Shown here piece after piece: positions 18,801 to 28,639 of a stretch of 46,786 nt of DNA (position 1 is the first letter of the stretch; every line of letters begins with the position of its first letter). The notes beneath the pieces are model-generated. The model ran no database searches and was not told where the DNA came from. It was given only the letters and a program-made list of their open reading frames with translations. Origin of the DNA: Thermoplasmata archaeon (GTDB lineage: Archaea > Thermoplasmatota > Thermoplasmata > GCA-020350865); assembly GCA_020348445.1 (NCBI GenBank), contig CP070751.1:2963334-3010119 (forward strand). Reading direction: 5' to 3'. The position numbers and the translations under genes were made by a program.

Positions 18801-19163
18801 ATGACAGATGAGAAATTTATATTGTATGTGCAGACAAGCGATGTCCCGGAGAGACAGTACTCTCCTTTGGTCTTGGCGCAGACTGCTAAGCATATGGAGC
18901 TCAAGCCCGTGGTTTACTATCTTGGCCAGGGATTGAAGATCCTAAGACCAGGTGAAGCGGAAAAGATAAAGCTTGGATCATTTCCAAGCGTAGGAGAAAT
19001 GCTGGACAAGACCCTAGAAATGGGTGTAGAGATCCTTGTATGCGAAGCGTCAAAGCAGATGCTGGGTTGGGAGAAGGTAGACCTAAGGCCAGGTGTGAAG
19101 ATCGTTGGCGCTGCAACTCTAAACGACCTGACACTGGATGCTGACGCAACACAGTGGTTCTAG
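18801..19163 (+). CDS. DsrE/DsrF-like protein
   Basis: PLVLAQTA...YYLGQG...GVEILVCEAS with conserved Cys; GGAGG RBS. Confidence 0.8.
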   Translation: MTDEKFILYVQTSDVPERQYSPLVLAQTAKHMELKPVVYYLGQGLKILRPGEAEKIKLGSFPSVGEMLDKTLEMGVEILVCEASKQMLGWEKVDLRPGVKIVGAATLNDLTLDADATQWF

Positions 19164-19322
19164 TAGAATGAATTGAGGAATAGAATTGAATAATCCCACA
19201 GGAGGGACTTCCGCATTAGCTAGACTTCTACTAATATAGCATAATTGAACAATTGATAGCGCCGAAGAAGGGCGCAATATAAATACTCAAATTCCCAGAA
19301 ATGGGAGGAGGTGAAAGAAAAT

Positions 19323-19751
19323 ATGTCAAAAGAAGAAAACAAGGCCATTGTTACTCGGATGTACGAGGAGATCCATAATAATGGAAATCTGAACAAAGCT
19401 GAGGAGCTGGTAACTTCAGATTTTGTGGATCGTACCCCGGCTATGCCTGACATGCCAAAAGGACCTGAAGGTGTAAAACTGCTCTTTGGTACGCTGCGTT
19501 CCGCTTTCCCGGATTTACATACCACAGTTGAGGATATGGTGTCCGAGGATGATAGGGTTGTAGCCAGGCTAACCATGCGTGGAACACACAAAGGTGAATT
19601 CATGGGGATTCCAGCTACTGGAAAGGAGATCAGCATAAGCGGAATAGATATCGTCAGATTATCAAAAGGTAAGGTGGCTGAGCGCTGGGGAGTTGCCGAT
19701 ATTGCAGGAATGATGCAGCAGCTCGGTGTCGGTCCCACACCAGGGCAGTAA
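19323..19751 (+). CDS. SnoaL-like ester cyclase
   Basis: EENKAIV...AFPDLHTTVEDMVSEDDRVVARLTMRGTHKGEFMGIPATGK. Confidence 0.9.
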   Translation: MSKEENKAIVTRMYEEIHNNGNLNKAEELVTSDFVDRTPAMPDMPKGPEGVKLLFGTLRSAFPDLHTTVEDMVSEDDRVVARLTMRGTHKGEFMGIPATGKEISISGIDIVRLSKGKVAERWGVADIAGMMQQLGVGPTPGQ

Positions 19752-19781
19752 AGGTAGTAAAGAACGAACCTTTTTTAGTTA

Positions 19782-19821
19782 ATAGGGAATGAGATTGATA
19801 TAAATAAATTCTCATCCCTAT
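19782..19821. terminator. Inverted repeat after the SnoaL gene, flanked by T-rich tracts
   Basis: ATAGGGAATGAGA ... TCTCATCCCTAT stem with one bulge. Confidence 0.45.
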
Positions 19822-20027
19822 ATTTTATTTATTTAATGTATTAAAATTGAAATAGTCACCACTATTATTTTAATTATGAAATTGTTAATAATTTATAAGA
19901 AATTTATATAAAAATAATATGATAATTCTTCTACAAAACAGAAATCTTAATTTATACAGGTTACGGTATCCCCCCGTCCGTATAACCGGATAATGCATGC
20001 AAGGATGAAAAATGGAGGTAAAGAATT

Positions 20028-21038
20028 ATGGATGGAATACGAAAAATAATGAGTATTTTAGTGATCACAGTGATGGCCGCCACTGTTATAGTTGTTGCAT
20101 TAACAGGGGCAGAGAACAGCAATGCAAGCCTTTCCCCAGTAAGTGGTGCTATTTTCACTACATTGGAGGATGGCTCGAGGGTGAATGCGAACATCTACGA
20201 GGACAAAAGGGACGTATATTTAGATGGCGGACCCGGACCAAATGCCCCGCCTGACGCAGCGGGACTTCCTGATGGTAATTACTATTTCCAGGTGACTAAT
20301 CCATCGGGAAAAAAGCTGTTGTCCATAGATTGTGTAGGCTGCAGGGAGTTTCGGGTGGAAGGTGGAGTAATCGTGGAGTACGTCTCAATGGAGAGAGGAT
20401 GTACATACACAGTTGGTAATGGAAAAAACGCAAAGGAAATACCATGCCATATCGATGGAAAGGAGAATGGACAACATGACGTTGGTGAGGATCTTGACCA
20501 CAATGCCCTTACCATACAGCTAATGCCCTACAAAGACACTCCAAATAAAGGAGGCGTATACAAGGTTTGGGCAACGCCAATTGAGCATTTCGTAGGAGAT
20601 CCAAGCAAGGTCGACAATGGATACAAACCAGGGTACTACCACGGCTTTATTCCAAGGTACTCTAAAACAGACAACTTCAAGGTGAGATTGCCAAAAGAGC
20701 CTCCAGAGACACCAGAGATCAAGATCTGTAAGTGGCGTGACTGCAATAGCAATGGTGTCTGGGACACACATGAAATAGCGATTTCGGGATGGAAGATAAC
20801 TGTATTAGATCCACTTGGAGTTGAAAACATATATTATACCTGTTGTGAGGGCTGCGTTATAATATATGCTCCCAAGGATGGAACATACATTATCAAAGAA
20901 GAAATCCAAAGCGGTTGGACTGTTACTGCCACGATTGTCAATGGAGTTTCAATCAGTCCAACAGACGAGGTGACACTGACTGTAAAAGCTCGGGCATCCT
21001 TGAGCTACAGCGTGGTATTTGGAAACCACCCACCCTGA
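20028..21038 (+). CDS. Secreted Cys-containing protein with C-terminal SdrD/prealbumin-like domain
   Basis: Signal peptide; EIKICKWRDCNSNGVWD...ISGWKITV...GTYIIKEEIQSGWTVT. Confidence 0.75.
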   Translation: MDGIRKIMSILVITVMAATVIVVALTGAENSNASLSPVSGAIFTTLEDGSRVNANIYEDKRDVYLDGGPGPNAPPDAAGLPDGNYYFQVTNPSGKKLLSIDCVGCREFRVEGGVIVEYVSMERGCTYTVGNGKNAKEIPCHIDGKENGQHDVGEDLDHNALTIQLMPYKDTPNKGGVYKVWATPIEHFVGDPSKVDNGYKPGYYHGFIPRYSKTDNFKVRLPKEPPETPEIKICKWRDCNSNGVWDTHEIAISGWKITVLDPLGVENIYYTCCEGCVIIYAPKDGTYIIKEEIQSGWTVTATIVNGVSISPTDEVTLTVKARASLSYSVVFGNHPP

Positions 21039-21091
21039 CCATGAACATAATAAAATACATCAACACAAGATAACTGAGCCTAAAAGAACTA

Positions 21092-21125
21092 GGATGGGGT
21101 ATTCCTATCCATCATCTTTTTTTTT
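21092..21125 (+). terminator. Hairpin plus poly-T terminator
   Basis: GGATGGGG-TAT-TCCTATCC followed by a T10 run. Confidence 0.5.
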
Positions 21126-21147
21126 ATAAATTAATTACTATTTTTAG

Positions 21148-21231
21148 AATTGTACCAAATTTGTATGCAACTTGTAAGAGAAATATAATTTTTTTATATG
21201 AGATTTTGAAATTTTGATATATATAGATGAT
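21148..21231 (+). promoter_or_regulatory. Second SnoaL gene promoter carrying the shared motif
   Basis: AATTGTACCA AATTTGTATGC AACTTGTA; repeat at 21158, AGATTTTGAAA at 21201 (43 nt), then GATATATATAGATGAT. Confidence 0.75.
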
Positions 21232-21276
21232 GTGATTGTGGATTTCATGATAAAACAGAACAGGAGGTGAAACAGA

Positions 21277-21705
21277 ATGAGTGTAGAAGAAAACTTGAAG
21301 GTGATAAAAGCCGTTGACGAGGCTTCCAACAGCAGGGATTGGGAGGCCTTTGCTTCACATCACATTGAAGATGTTATCTCGTACAGTCCCATGAGGCCTG
21401 AACCCACAAAAGGCATTACTGCCCATGTTGAAGTAGTTCAAGGCTTACTAAGTGCTTTTCCAGATTTTAAAATGACTAGGGACCAGATGTTCGGTCAAGG
21501 AGATTGGGCCTATGTTGGTTATACACTAACAGGAACACATAAGGGATCACTACCAGGCCCAGGGGGTAAACCGATTCCTCCAACCAACAAACCCATCAAA
21601 CTTCCTTTAGGTTCTACATTGAGGTTTGAGAACGGCAAGATAGCAGAGGAACACATATATTTTGACCGTCTCGGGATGCTGGGACAGTTAGGTGTGACCC
21701 TATAG
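21277..21705 (+). CDS. SnoaL-like ester cyclase (second paralog)
   Basis: AFPDFKMTRDQMFGQGDWAYVGYTLTGTHKG...IPPTNK...ENGKIAEEHIYFD. Confidence 0.9.
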   Translation: MSVEENLKVIKAVDEASNSRDWEAFASHHIEDVISYSPMRPEPTKGITAHVEVVQGLLSAFPDFKMTRDQMFGQGDWAYVGYTLTGTHKGSLPGPGGKPIPPTNKPIKLPLGSTLRFENGKIAEEHIYFDRLGMLGQLGVTL

Positions 21706-21821
21706 AGGGAAACCTTAGCCCAATCTTGGTTATCTCCCCCCTCAATTTTTTTATTTTTATTGATATTTCTAATATATAATTTTTGTTCATATCACGTTTT
21801 AATGAGGATTCATCATATTGA

Positions 21822-21910
21822 AATTGTATATAATTTGTATATGATTTGCATTTCAGATATATGTGTTTTGTAACAGATTTTGAAAATTCAATTAATATAA
21901 GCAATGATAT
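21822..21910 (+). promoter_or_regulatory. Superoxide reductase promoter carrying the shared motif
   Basis: AATTGTATAT AATTTGTATAT GATTTGCA; repeat at 21832, AGATTTTGAAA at 21875 (43 nt). Confidence 0.75.
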
Positions 21911-21926
21911 GGGGGTATTGTAGAAT

Positions 21927-22337
21927 ATGGGTGAAAAAATGGGAGAAATAAAGGATCTATTTCAAACTGCGGATTGGAAAGTCGAAAAACATGTACCAGT
22001 GATATCACTCCCAGATAAAATAAAAAAAGACGAGCTGGTAAAAATAACCGTGAGCGTAGGAAAAGAGATACCCCATCCGAACACCACTGAACATCATATA
22101 GGGTGGATTGAGTTGTTCTTTTTACCTTCCCAAGGTAGGTTCCCTTACTCTATCGGAAGATTTGAATTCTCTGCCCACGGTGCTTCCTCCGAGGGCCCCA
22201 ATACCAGCTCGATTTATACCCAACCTGAGGTGGTCTGCACAATGAAATCTGGAATGACAGGAACCGTGCTGGCCACCTCTTTCTGCAATATTCACGGCCT
22301 ATGGACCAGTTCCGCAGAATTAAAAGTTGAGGATTAA
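21927..22337 (+). CDS. sor: Superoxide reductase (neelaredoxin type)
   Basis: EKHVP, HPNTTEHHIGWIEL and FCNIHGLW iron-site motifs. Confidence 0.93.
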   Translation: MGEKMGEIKDLFQTADWKVEKHVPVISLPDKIKKDELVKITVSVGKEIPHPNTTEHHIGWIELFFLPSQGRFPYSIGRFEFSAHGASSEGPNTSSIYTQPEVVCTMKSGMTGTVLATSFCNIHGLWTSSAELKVED

Positions 22338-22655
22338 CCCCTATCCCTTCGTTTATTGCGATAACCCCTCCCTCTTTTATTTTTTTTATTTTACTCCCTA
22401 GACACCCTTATATGTCACCGACGGTTTCAGATAAACTATTTATAAACTATTAACTATATCGAAATCGAGGTGGTATCAAGGCACAATCTGGCCAGTTCCA
22501 AAAAGTCTCGGGGATGACGTAGATTTATTTTTATAGACATGATCATTCCCAAAACCAGCATGGTATTCGGGGGGCAGTATTGTTGACTTACATGGCAAAA
22601 ATAACTACTTTCTGGGAATCTTGAGCTTTTTTGTATCCTTTGGGGAGATAAACTG

Positions 22656-23528
22656 ATGGGAAAAGGAGTAGCTGTAATCGGAGGTGGAATCGCAGGAGTC
22701 CAGGCGGCGCTGGATCTGGCAGAGCAGGGCATACACGTCTATATCATAGAGAAGTCACCAAGCCTCGGGGGAAGAATGGCACAGCTTGACAAGACGTTCC
22801 CAACCAATGACTGCTCAATGTGCATTCTATCCCCGAAACTTGTTGAGGCAGGACGTCATCCCAACATCGAATTATTGACTCTATCTGAAATCGAGGAACT
22901 CCAAGGAGAGGAGGGTGAATTCAAGGTCAAGGTGTTGAAGTCGGCCAGATATGTAGATGAGGAGAGCTGCACTGGATGTGGCATATGTGCGGCAACTTGT
23001 CCAGTTAAATACGAATACCAGATTCCAGAGAAAGAAAGTGTGCGCGAAAAGATTGAAGAAAATGAGCTTACTAAAATCGATACAATACTAAAAAAATATG
23101 AGGACGAGGTGGGCGTGCTTATCTCAATTCTCCAGGATATAAACGAGGAATTCAACTACTTACCTGAAAATGCCTTGAGGTACGTATCGGAAAAATTGGG
23201 CATTCCCCTAAGCCAGATATACCATGTTGCCACCTTTTACACAGCTTTTTCCTTAACGCCCAGGGGCGAGCATATAGTCAAGGTGTGCCAGGGTACGGCC
23301 TGTCATGTAAGGGGAACAAGGGCTGTTTTGGACGAGATCACGCGGATTCTTGATGTAAAGCCAGGAGAAACAACAGAAGATTTGCAATACACACTGGAGA
23401 CGGTGAACTGTCTTGGGGCCTGCGCCTTGGGCCCTGTTATGGTCTTGGACAAAGAATATCACGGGAATATGAGTCCAAGCAAGGTCAAGAAAATCCTCAA
23501 ATCAGAGCTGGAAGAAGGGGGGCTATGA
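22656..23528 (+). CDS. HdrA N-terminal fragment fused to NuoE/HydC-like 2Fe-2S domain
   Basis: VIGGGIAG...LDKTFPTNDCSMCILSPK...CTGCGICAATCP, then YHVATFYTAF...CQGTACHVRG...CLGACALGP. Confidence 0.9.
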   Translation: MGKGVAVIGGGIAGVQAALDLAEQGIHVYIIEKSPSLGGRMAQLDKTFPTNDCSMCILSPKLVEAGRHPNIELLTLSEIEELQGEEGEFKVKVLKSARYVDEESCTGCGICAATCPVKYEYQIPEKESVREKIEENELTKIDTILKKYEDEVGVLISILQDINEEFNYLPENALRYVSEKLGIPLSQIYHVATFYTAFSLTPRGEHIVKVCQGTACHVRGTRAVLDEITRILDVKPGETTEDLQYTLETVNCLGACALGPVMVLDKEYHGNMSPSKVKKILKSELEEGGL

Positions 23529-23531
23529 TCC

Positions 23532-25394
23532 ATGAAGAAAATAAGTAGCCTCGAGGAATTAGAAAAGTTGAGGGAGAGGATTTCGTCCTCAAAAGGCGGC
23601 AAGAAAACGAAGGTCTTGATTTCCACAAAGGCGACATGCTGTCAGCTTCAAAAAAGCGAGCAAGTTACATCTGCTTTGTTTGATGAGATTGAAAAAAATG
23701 GCCAAAAGGATAAAGTGGAAATCCTGACAACTGGATGTTTGGGCTTTTGTGAACTTGAGCCAATCATCGTGATCAAACCCAAGGGGATTCTATACAAAAA
23801 CATTAAAGTGGATGATGTTTCGGATATTGTAGCAAAGACAATTCTCAAGGGTGAAATAATTGAAAAACTGCTTTATGTAAATCCATTGGACGAGCAGAGA
23901 ATCGAACTTGAAGATGACATACCATTTTATTCAAAGCAAAACAGGATCCTTTTAGGCAACAATTCAAATATCGATCCTGACAAAATCGAGGATTATATAG
24001 CATCTGGAGGATATTCTGCACTTTCTAAGGTACTTTCGGGCATGAAACCTGATGAGATCATAGAAGAAATCAAAAAGTCCGGCCTTCGGGGTCGTGGAGG
24101 TGCTGGTTTTCCAACAGGTAGAAAATGGGAATCATGCAGAAATACCGAAGCAGAAGATGATATCAAATATGTTATCTGCAATGCAGACGAAGGTGACCCA
24201 GGAGCGTACATGGACAGGAACCTTTTAGAAAGCAACCCCCACAGCGTCTTGGAGGGTATGATAATCGGGGCATATTCCATAGGCTCCCACAATGGATATA
24301 TTTATGTCAGAAATGAGTACGAACTTGCTGTTTCCACCCTAAAAAATGCCATTAAACAGGCAAGGGAATATGGATTTTTGGGAAAGGATATTCTTGGCTC
24401 TGGATTTGACTTTACAATAAAATTGAGCCGCGGTGGTGGTGCATTTGTGTGCGGTGAATCCACGGCACTCATGGCTTCCATCGAAGGCAAACCAGGAGAG
24501 CCAAGGGCAAAACACATCCATACAACAACAAAGGGCCTCTGGGATCGACCCACCAACCTTAACAATGTGGAGACCTGGGCAAATGTTCCTCTTATCATCA
24601 ATTCTGGGGCAGATTGGTATTCAAAGATCGGAATGGACAAGAGCAAGGGCACGAAAATCTTCTCTTTGGTAGGAAAGATTCACAACACGGGCCTTGTCGA
24701 GGTCCCCATGGGAACGACATTGAGGGATATTATCTTCAAAATCGGTGGGGGTATTCCCGGGGAAAGGAAGTTCAAGGCCGTCCAGACCGGCGGTCCCTCG
24801 GGCGGTTGCATACCAGAACATCTGCTTGATCTCCCAGTGGATTATGAAAAGCTCACTGAAGCTGGGTCCATGATGGGCTCTGGCGGTATGATAGTGATGG
24901 ACGACCGAACGTGCATGGTGGATGTTGCAAGGTACTTCACGAACTTCCTCAAGGATGAATCCTGCGGAAAATGCGTGCCTTGTAGAAACGGCCTGATACA
25001 GCTTCATCATATGTTAACTGATATCTGCGAGGGAAGGGGAAGTGAAAAAGATCTAGATTTCTTTGAGGAGCTCGGTTTTTGGATAACAAATGGATCCTTA
25101 TGCCAACTTGGTACCACTGCGGTAAATCCGGTGCAAACAACGCTTCGATATTTCAAAGACGAGTATCTGACCCACATAGTGGATAAAAAATGCCCTGCCG
25201 GAGTATGCAAGGCTCTAATCACGTTCACAATCGATTCTGAAAAATGTACGGGCTGCGAGGTTTGTAAGAAGAACTGTCCCCAAGACGCTATTTCAGGTGA
25301 AAAGAAGGAAGTCCATGACATAGATCAGGATAAATGCATCAAGTGCGGCATTTGCGAGGATTCCTGCAAGTTCGATGCCGTGGAGGTGAACTGA
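23532..25394 (+). CDS. nuoF: NuoF/HydB-like NADH-binding flavoprotein
   Basis: SGLRGRGGAGFPTG, CNADEGDPGAYMDR, GGPSGG, ESCGKCVPCR, C-terminal 2x[4Fe-4S]. Confidence 0.93.
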   Translation: MKKISSLEELEKLRERISSSKGGKKTKVLISTKATCCQLQKSEQVTSALFDEIEKNGQKDKVEILTTGCLGFCELEPIIVIKPKGILYKNIKVDDVSDIVAKTILKGEIIEKLLYVNPLDEQRIELEDDIPFYSKQNRILLGNNSNIDPDKIEDYIASGGYSALSKVLSGMKPDEIIEEIKKSGLRGRGGAGFPTGRKWESCRNTEAEDDIKYVICNADEGDPGAYMDRNLLESNPHSVLEGMIIGAYSIGSHNGYIYVRNEYELAVSTLKNAIKQAREYGFLGKDILGSGFDFTIKLSRGGGAFVCGESTALMASIEGKPGEPRAKHIHTTTKGLWDRPTNLNNVETWANVPLIINSGADWYSKIGMDKSKGTKIFSLVGKIHNTGLVEVPMGTTLRDIIFKIGGGIPGERKFKAVQTGGPSGGCIPEHLLDLPVDYEKLTEAGSMMGSGGMIVMDDRTCMVDVARYFTNFLKDESCGKCVPCRNGLIQLHHMLTDICEGRGSEKDLDFFEELGFWITNGSLCQLGTTAVNPVQTTLRYFKDEYLTHIVDKKCPAGVCKALITFTIDSEKCTGCEVCKKNCPQDAISGEKKEVHDIDQDKCIKCGICEDSCKFDAVEVN

Positions 25395-28300
25395 TGACAG
25401 AAGAAGAATTCATCAAGTTCACCATAAACGGTGTGGAAGTTCAGGGAAAGCCAGGTGAAATGCTCATTGATGTTGCACAGAGAAACGGTTTTTATATTCC
25501 CAAACTGTGCAATCATGTGGCATTAAAACCCTACAGTGCATGTAGATTATGCATTGTGGAGATGGCAAAGGGTGGCCGCAGTAAATTCACAGCATCATGC
25601 AGCTTTCCAATATCTGAAGGAATTGAAGTAAATACAGAATCAGAGGGAGTTTTGAAACTTAGAAAAATGACACTTGAAGCCCTCATGGCCCAGGCACCTG
25701 ATTCAAAGGAAATCAGGGATATGGCCAAATATTACGGTATTACCGATACGAGATTCAAGGAAAACGAGGACAAAGAAAATAGATGCATTCTATGCGGGCT
25801 CTGCATCCGCGTATGCAATGAAAGAATGGGAGTTTATGCACTGGGATTTTCAGGTCGGGGTGCAAGCCGAAGACTGGATACACCCTTTGGTAGGCTCTCC
25901 GATGTTTGCATAACATGTGGAGCCTGTGAATCTGTTTGTCCCACTGACGCCATTAAGCTTGGCAAGATATCGAAGAATGAACCGAAACCCATTACCTCGG
26001 AGTTCGACTTGGGTCTAAAGGAAAGAAGCGTGATTTACACTCCATTTCCCCAGGCCATGCCTTTAATCTACCTTATTGACAAAGAGCGCTGCATCCATTT
26101 CGCCAAGGGAACATGCAAGATATGCCAGAAATCATGTGAGAAAGGTTCCATTGATTTTGAGCAAGAGGACAAAAAGCTGAAACTGGATGCAGGTGCCATC
26201 ATCGTGGCTCCGGGTTATGAATTTGTATCACCAGATACAAGGCCTGAACTTAGTTATGATAGGCTTTCGAATGTCATAACTGCAATGGAATTCGAAAGGA
26301 TACTGAATGCATCAGGACCTTTTGGCGGACATATAAAAAGGCTCTCTAATTTTAAGGAGCCAAAGAGCATGGCATTTATTCAATGCGTGGGCTCAAGGGA
26401 CAGAAACAAAGGTGTTAGGTACTGTTCTTCTGCATGCTGTATGTACTCAATAAAGGAGGCGATAATAGCAAAGGAGCATTCTCCTGATCTGAATATCAGC
26501 ATATTCCACATGGATATCCGCGCCTTTGGCAAGGAGTTCGACTCCTACTACAAGAGTGCCAAGGACATGGGCATTAAGTTCGTCAGATGCAGGGTGGCAG
26601 AGATACAAGGTGATGAATACCAAAATCCCATTGTTCATTTCACTGATGAAAATGACGAGCCAAAAAAAGAGGCCTTCGATATGGTTGTTCTGTCAAATGG
26701 TTTTGCCAGGCCCAAGGATGCCGATAAACTGGCTGGGGTTCTTGACATCAAGCTCAACAAGTACGGCTTCTGTGAGACATCGGCTTTCTCACCCCTTCAA
26801 AGCACAAGGCTAGGAATTTTCGCTGGGGGAGTTTTTACAGAGCCAAAGGACATACCAGATTCTGTTGCAGGGGCCTCGGGTGCTGCGGCAAAGGCCTCGG
26901 TTCTCATACCTCCCGATATGAGAATGATAGGTCGGGAAAAAGAGGAGATAATTGAAACGGACGTATCTGAAGAGGAACCTAGGATAGGTGTTTTCATTTG
27001 TCACTGTGGAATCAACATCGGGGCAACAGTCAATGTACCCAGCGTTGCGGAGTACGCAAGGACCCTGCCCAATGTCGTATATGCAGAGGACAACCTTTAC
27101 ACATGCTCCTATGACACTCAAAGAATAATTAAGGAGAAGATCAAGGAGCACGATCTAAACAGGGTGGTTGTTGCAGCCTGCTCTCCGAGAACACATGAGC
27201 CGCTTTTTCAGAGCACTATTTCCGAGGCTGCCTTGAATCCATATCTTTTTGAAATGGCCAATATCAGAGATCAATGCTCTTGGGTGCATCAGAGGGAGCC
27301 TGAGAGGGCAACAGAAAAGGCCAAGGACCTTGTGAGGATGATAGTTGCCAAATCCAATCTACTTACACCCCTTACAAGGGAAAGTCTAGCAGTAACTCCA
27401 ACATGCCTTGTAATTGGAGGGGGTATATCGGGTCTGACCGCTTCCAAGGATGTTGCAGACAGTGGCTTTAAGGTGTTTCTTGTTGAAAGGAAGAAGGAAC
27501 TCGGCGGGAATCTCAATTTAGTGAGTTGTCTTCTTGAAGGTGAGAATCCACAAAATTTTCTTAAAAGACTGGTAAAGGAAGTTAGAGAGCATGATAAAAT
27601 CGAGGTTTTAACAGAAGCCATTTTAGAAAATATACAAGGTTATGTTGGTAACTTCACCACAACTTTTACGCACGCGGGCGAATCCAAGAATTTGGAACAT
27701 GGTACAATAATAGTTGCCACGGGCTCAAATCCATACGATCCCTCTGAGTATCTTTATGGAAAACATAAGGGCGTAATTACCCAACTCGAATTGGAGAAAA
27801 TGCTTGAGAATAAAAAATTCAAAACAGATTCAGTTGTCATGATCCAATGCGTTGGCTCCAGGGATGAGAATCACGAGTACTGCAGTAGGATTTGCTGCAC
27901 CCAGGCAGTGAAAAATGCACTTAGGATAAAAGAAAAAAATCCAGATGCTGAAATTTATGTTCTCTTCAAAGATATGAGAACTTACGGATTCAGAGAAGAT
28001 TACTATGCAAAGGCATCTGATGAAGGAGTGAAGTTCATTTTGTACAATGATGAGCATAAACCCAAGGTAAAAGACGAGGAAGGTTTGGTGGTTGAGGTAG
28101 TTGATCCCATTCTCAAAAATATCTTGAAAATAAAACCCGATAAAGTTGTTCTTTCAATTGGAATGGAGCCAAGAAAAGAAAACACAGACCTCGCAAAGAT
28201 GTTGAAGGTACCAATAAGCAAGGACGGTTTCTTTTTAGAGGCTCATATGAAACTCAGACCACTGGACTTTGCCACAGATGGAATATTCCTTTGCGGTGCG

Positions 28301-28639
28301 GCTCATTCTCCAAAGTTCGTAAACGAGTGTATCTCGCAGGCAAGTGGTGCAGCAGCCAGGGCGTGCACCATACTTAGTAAAAGCGAAATATCGGCAGAGG
28401 GAATAGTGTCCCAAGTTGATGAGGAGTTGTGTTTCGGATGCGGAATTTGTGTTTTAAACTGTCCCTATAATGCAGTTGAGCTAGAGGAGGAAACCCAGAA
28501 GGCCAAGGTTGTCTCAGCACTCTGCAAAGGGTGTGGGGTTTGTGGTGCCACATGTCCAAAACATGCGATTGTAATGTGCCATTTCACTGACCAGCAAGTG
28601 AAGGCTCAGATCGATGCATTTGTTGAGGAGGTGCAATAG
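25394..28639 (+). CDS. hdrA: NuoG/HydA-N-like Fe-S domain fused to the remainder of a tandem HdrA
   Basis: ATG 25394 overlaps the nuoF stop after GGAGGTG. IPKLC...SACRLC 2Fe-2S domain, then EFDLGL...PFPQAMP, YCSSACCMY, RIGVFICHCG, second FAD module, AHMKLRP, ferredoxin. Confidence 0.9.
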   Translation: MTEEEFIKFTINGVEVQGKPGEMLIDVAQRNGFYIPKLCNHVALKPYSACRLCIVEMAKGGRSKFTASCSFPISEGIEVNTESEGVLKLRKMTLEALMAQAPDSKEIRDMAKYYGITDTRFKENEDKENRCILCGLCIRVCNERMGVYALGFSGRGASRRLDTPFGRLSDVCITCGACESVCPTDAIKLGKISKNEPKPITSEFDLGLKERSVIYTPFPQAMPLIYLIDKERCIHFAKGTCKICQKSCEKGSIDFEQEDKKLKLDAGAIIVAPGYEFVSPDTRPELSYDRLSNVITAMEFERILNASGPFGGHIKRLSNFKEPKSMAFIQCVGSRDRNKGVRYCSSACCMYSIKEAIIAKEHSPDLNISIFHMDIRAFGKEFDSYYKSAKDMGIKFVRCRVAEIQGDEYQNPIVHFTDENDEPKKEAFDMVVLSNGFARPKDADKLAGVLDIKLNKYGFCETSAFSPLQSTRLGIFAGGVFTEPKDIPDSVAGASGAAAKASVLIPPDMRMIGREKEEIIETDVSEEEPRIGVFICHCGINIGATVNVPSVAEYARTLPNVVYAEDNLYTCSYDTQRIIKEKIKEHDLNRVVVAACSPRTHEPLFQSTISEAALNPYLFEMANIRDQCSWVHQREPERATEKAKDLVRMIVAKSNLLTPLTRESLAVTPTCLVIGGGISGLTASKDVADSGFKVFLVERKKELGGNLNLVSCLLEGENPQNFLKRLVKEVREHDKIEVLTEAILENIQGYVGNFTTTFTHAGESKNLEHGTIIVATGSNPYDPSEYLYGKHKGVITQLELEKMLENKKFKTDSVVMIQCVGSRDENHEYCSRICCTQAVKNALRIKEKNPDAEIYVLFKDMRTYGFREDYYAKASDEGVKFILYNDEHKPKVKDEEGLVVEVVDPILKNILKIKPDKVVLSIGMEPRKENTDLAKMLKVPISKDGFFLEAHMKLRPLDFATDGIFLCGAAHSPKFVNECISQASGAAARACTILSKSEISAEGIVSQVDEELCFGCGICVLNCPYNAVELEEETQKAKVVSALCKGCGVCGATCPKHAIVMCHFTDQQVKAQIDAFVEEVQ

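Noticed and set aside
19879-19960. Degenerate AATTGTTAAT AATTTATA repeats before the secreted protein gene
   Set aside because: Very AT-rich context, no G in the core, and no box at the fixed spacing.
22338-22655. Possible riboswitch or leader upstream of the hdr operon
   Set aside because: A TATA-like box at 22439-22446 would imply a long leader, but I found no convincing stable structure or known motif by eye.
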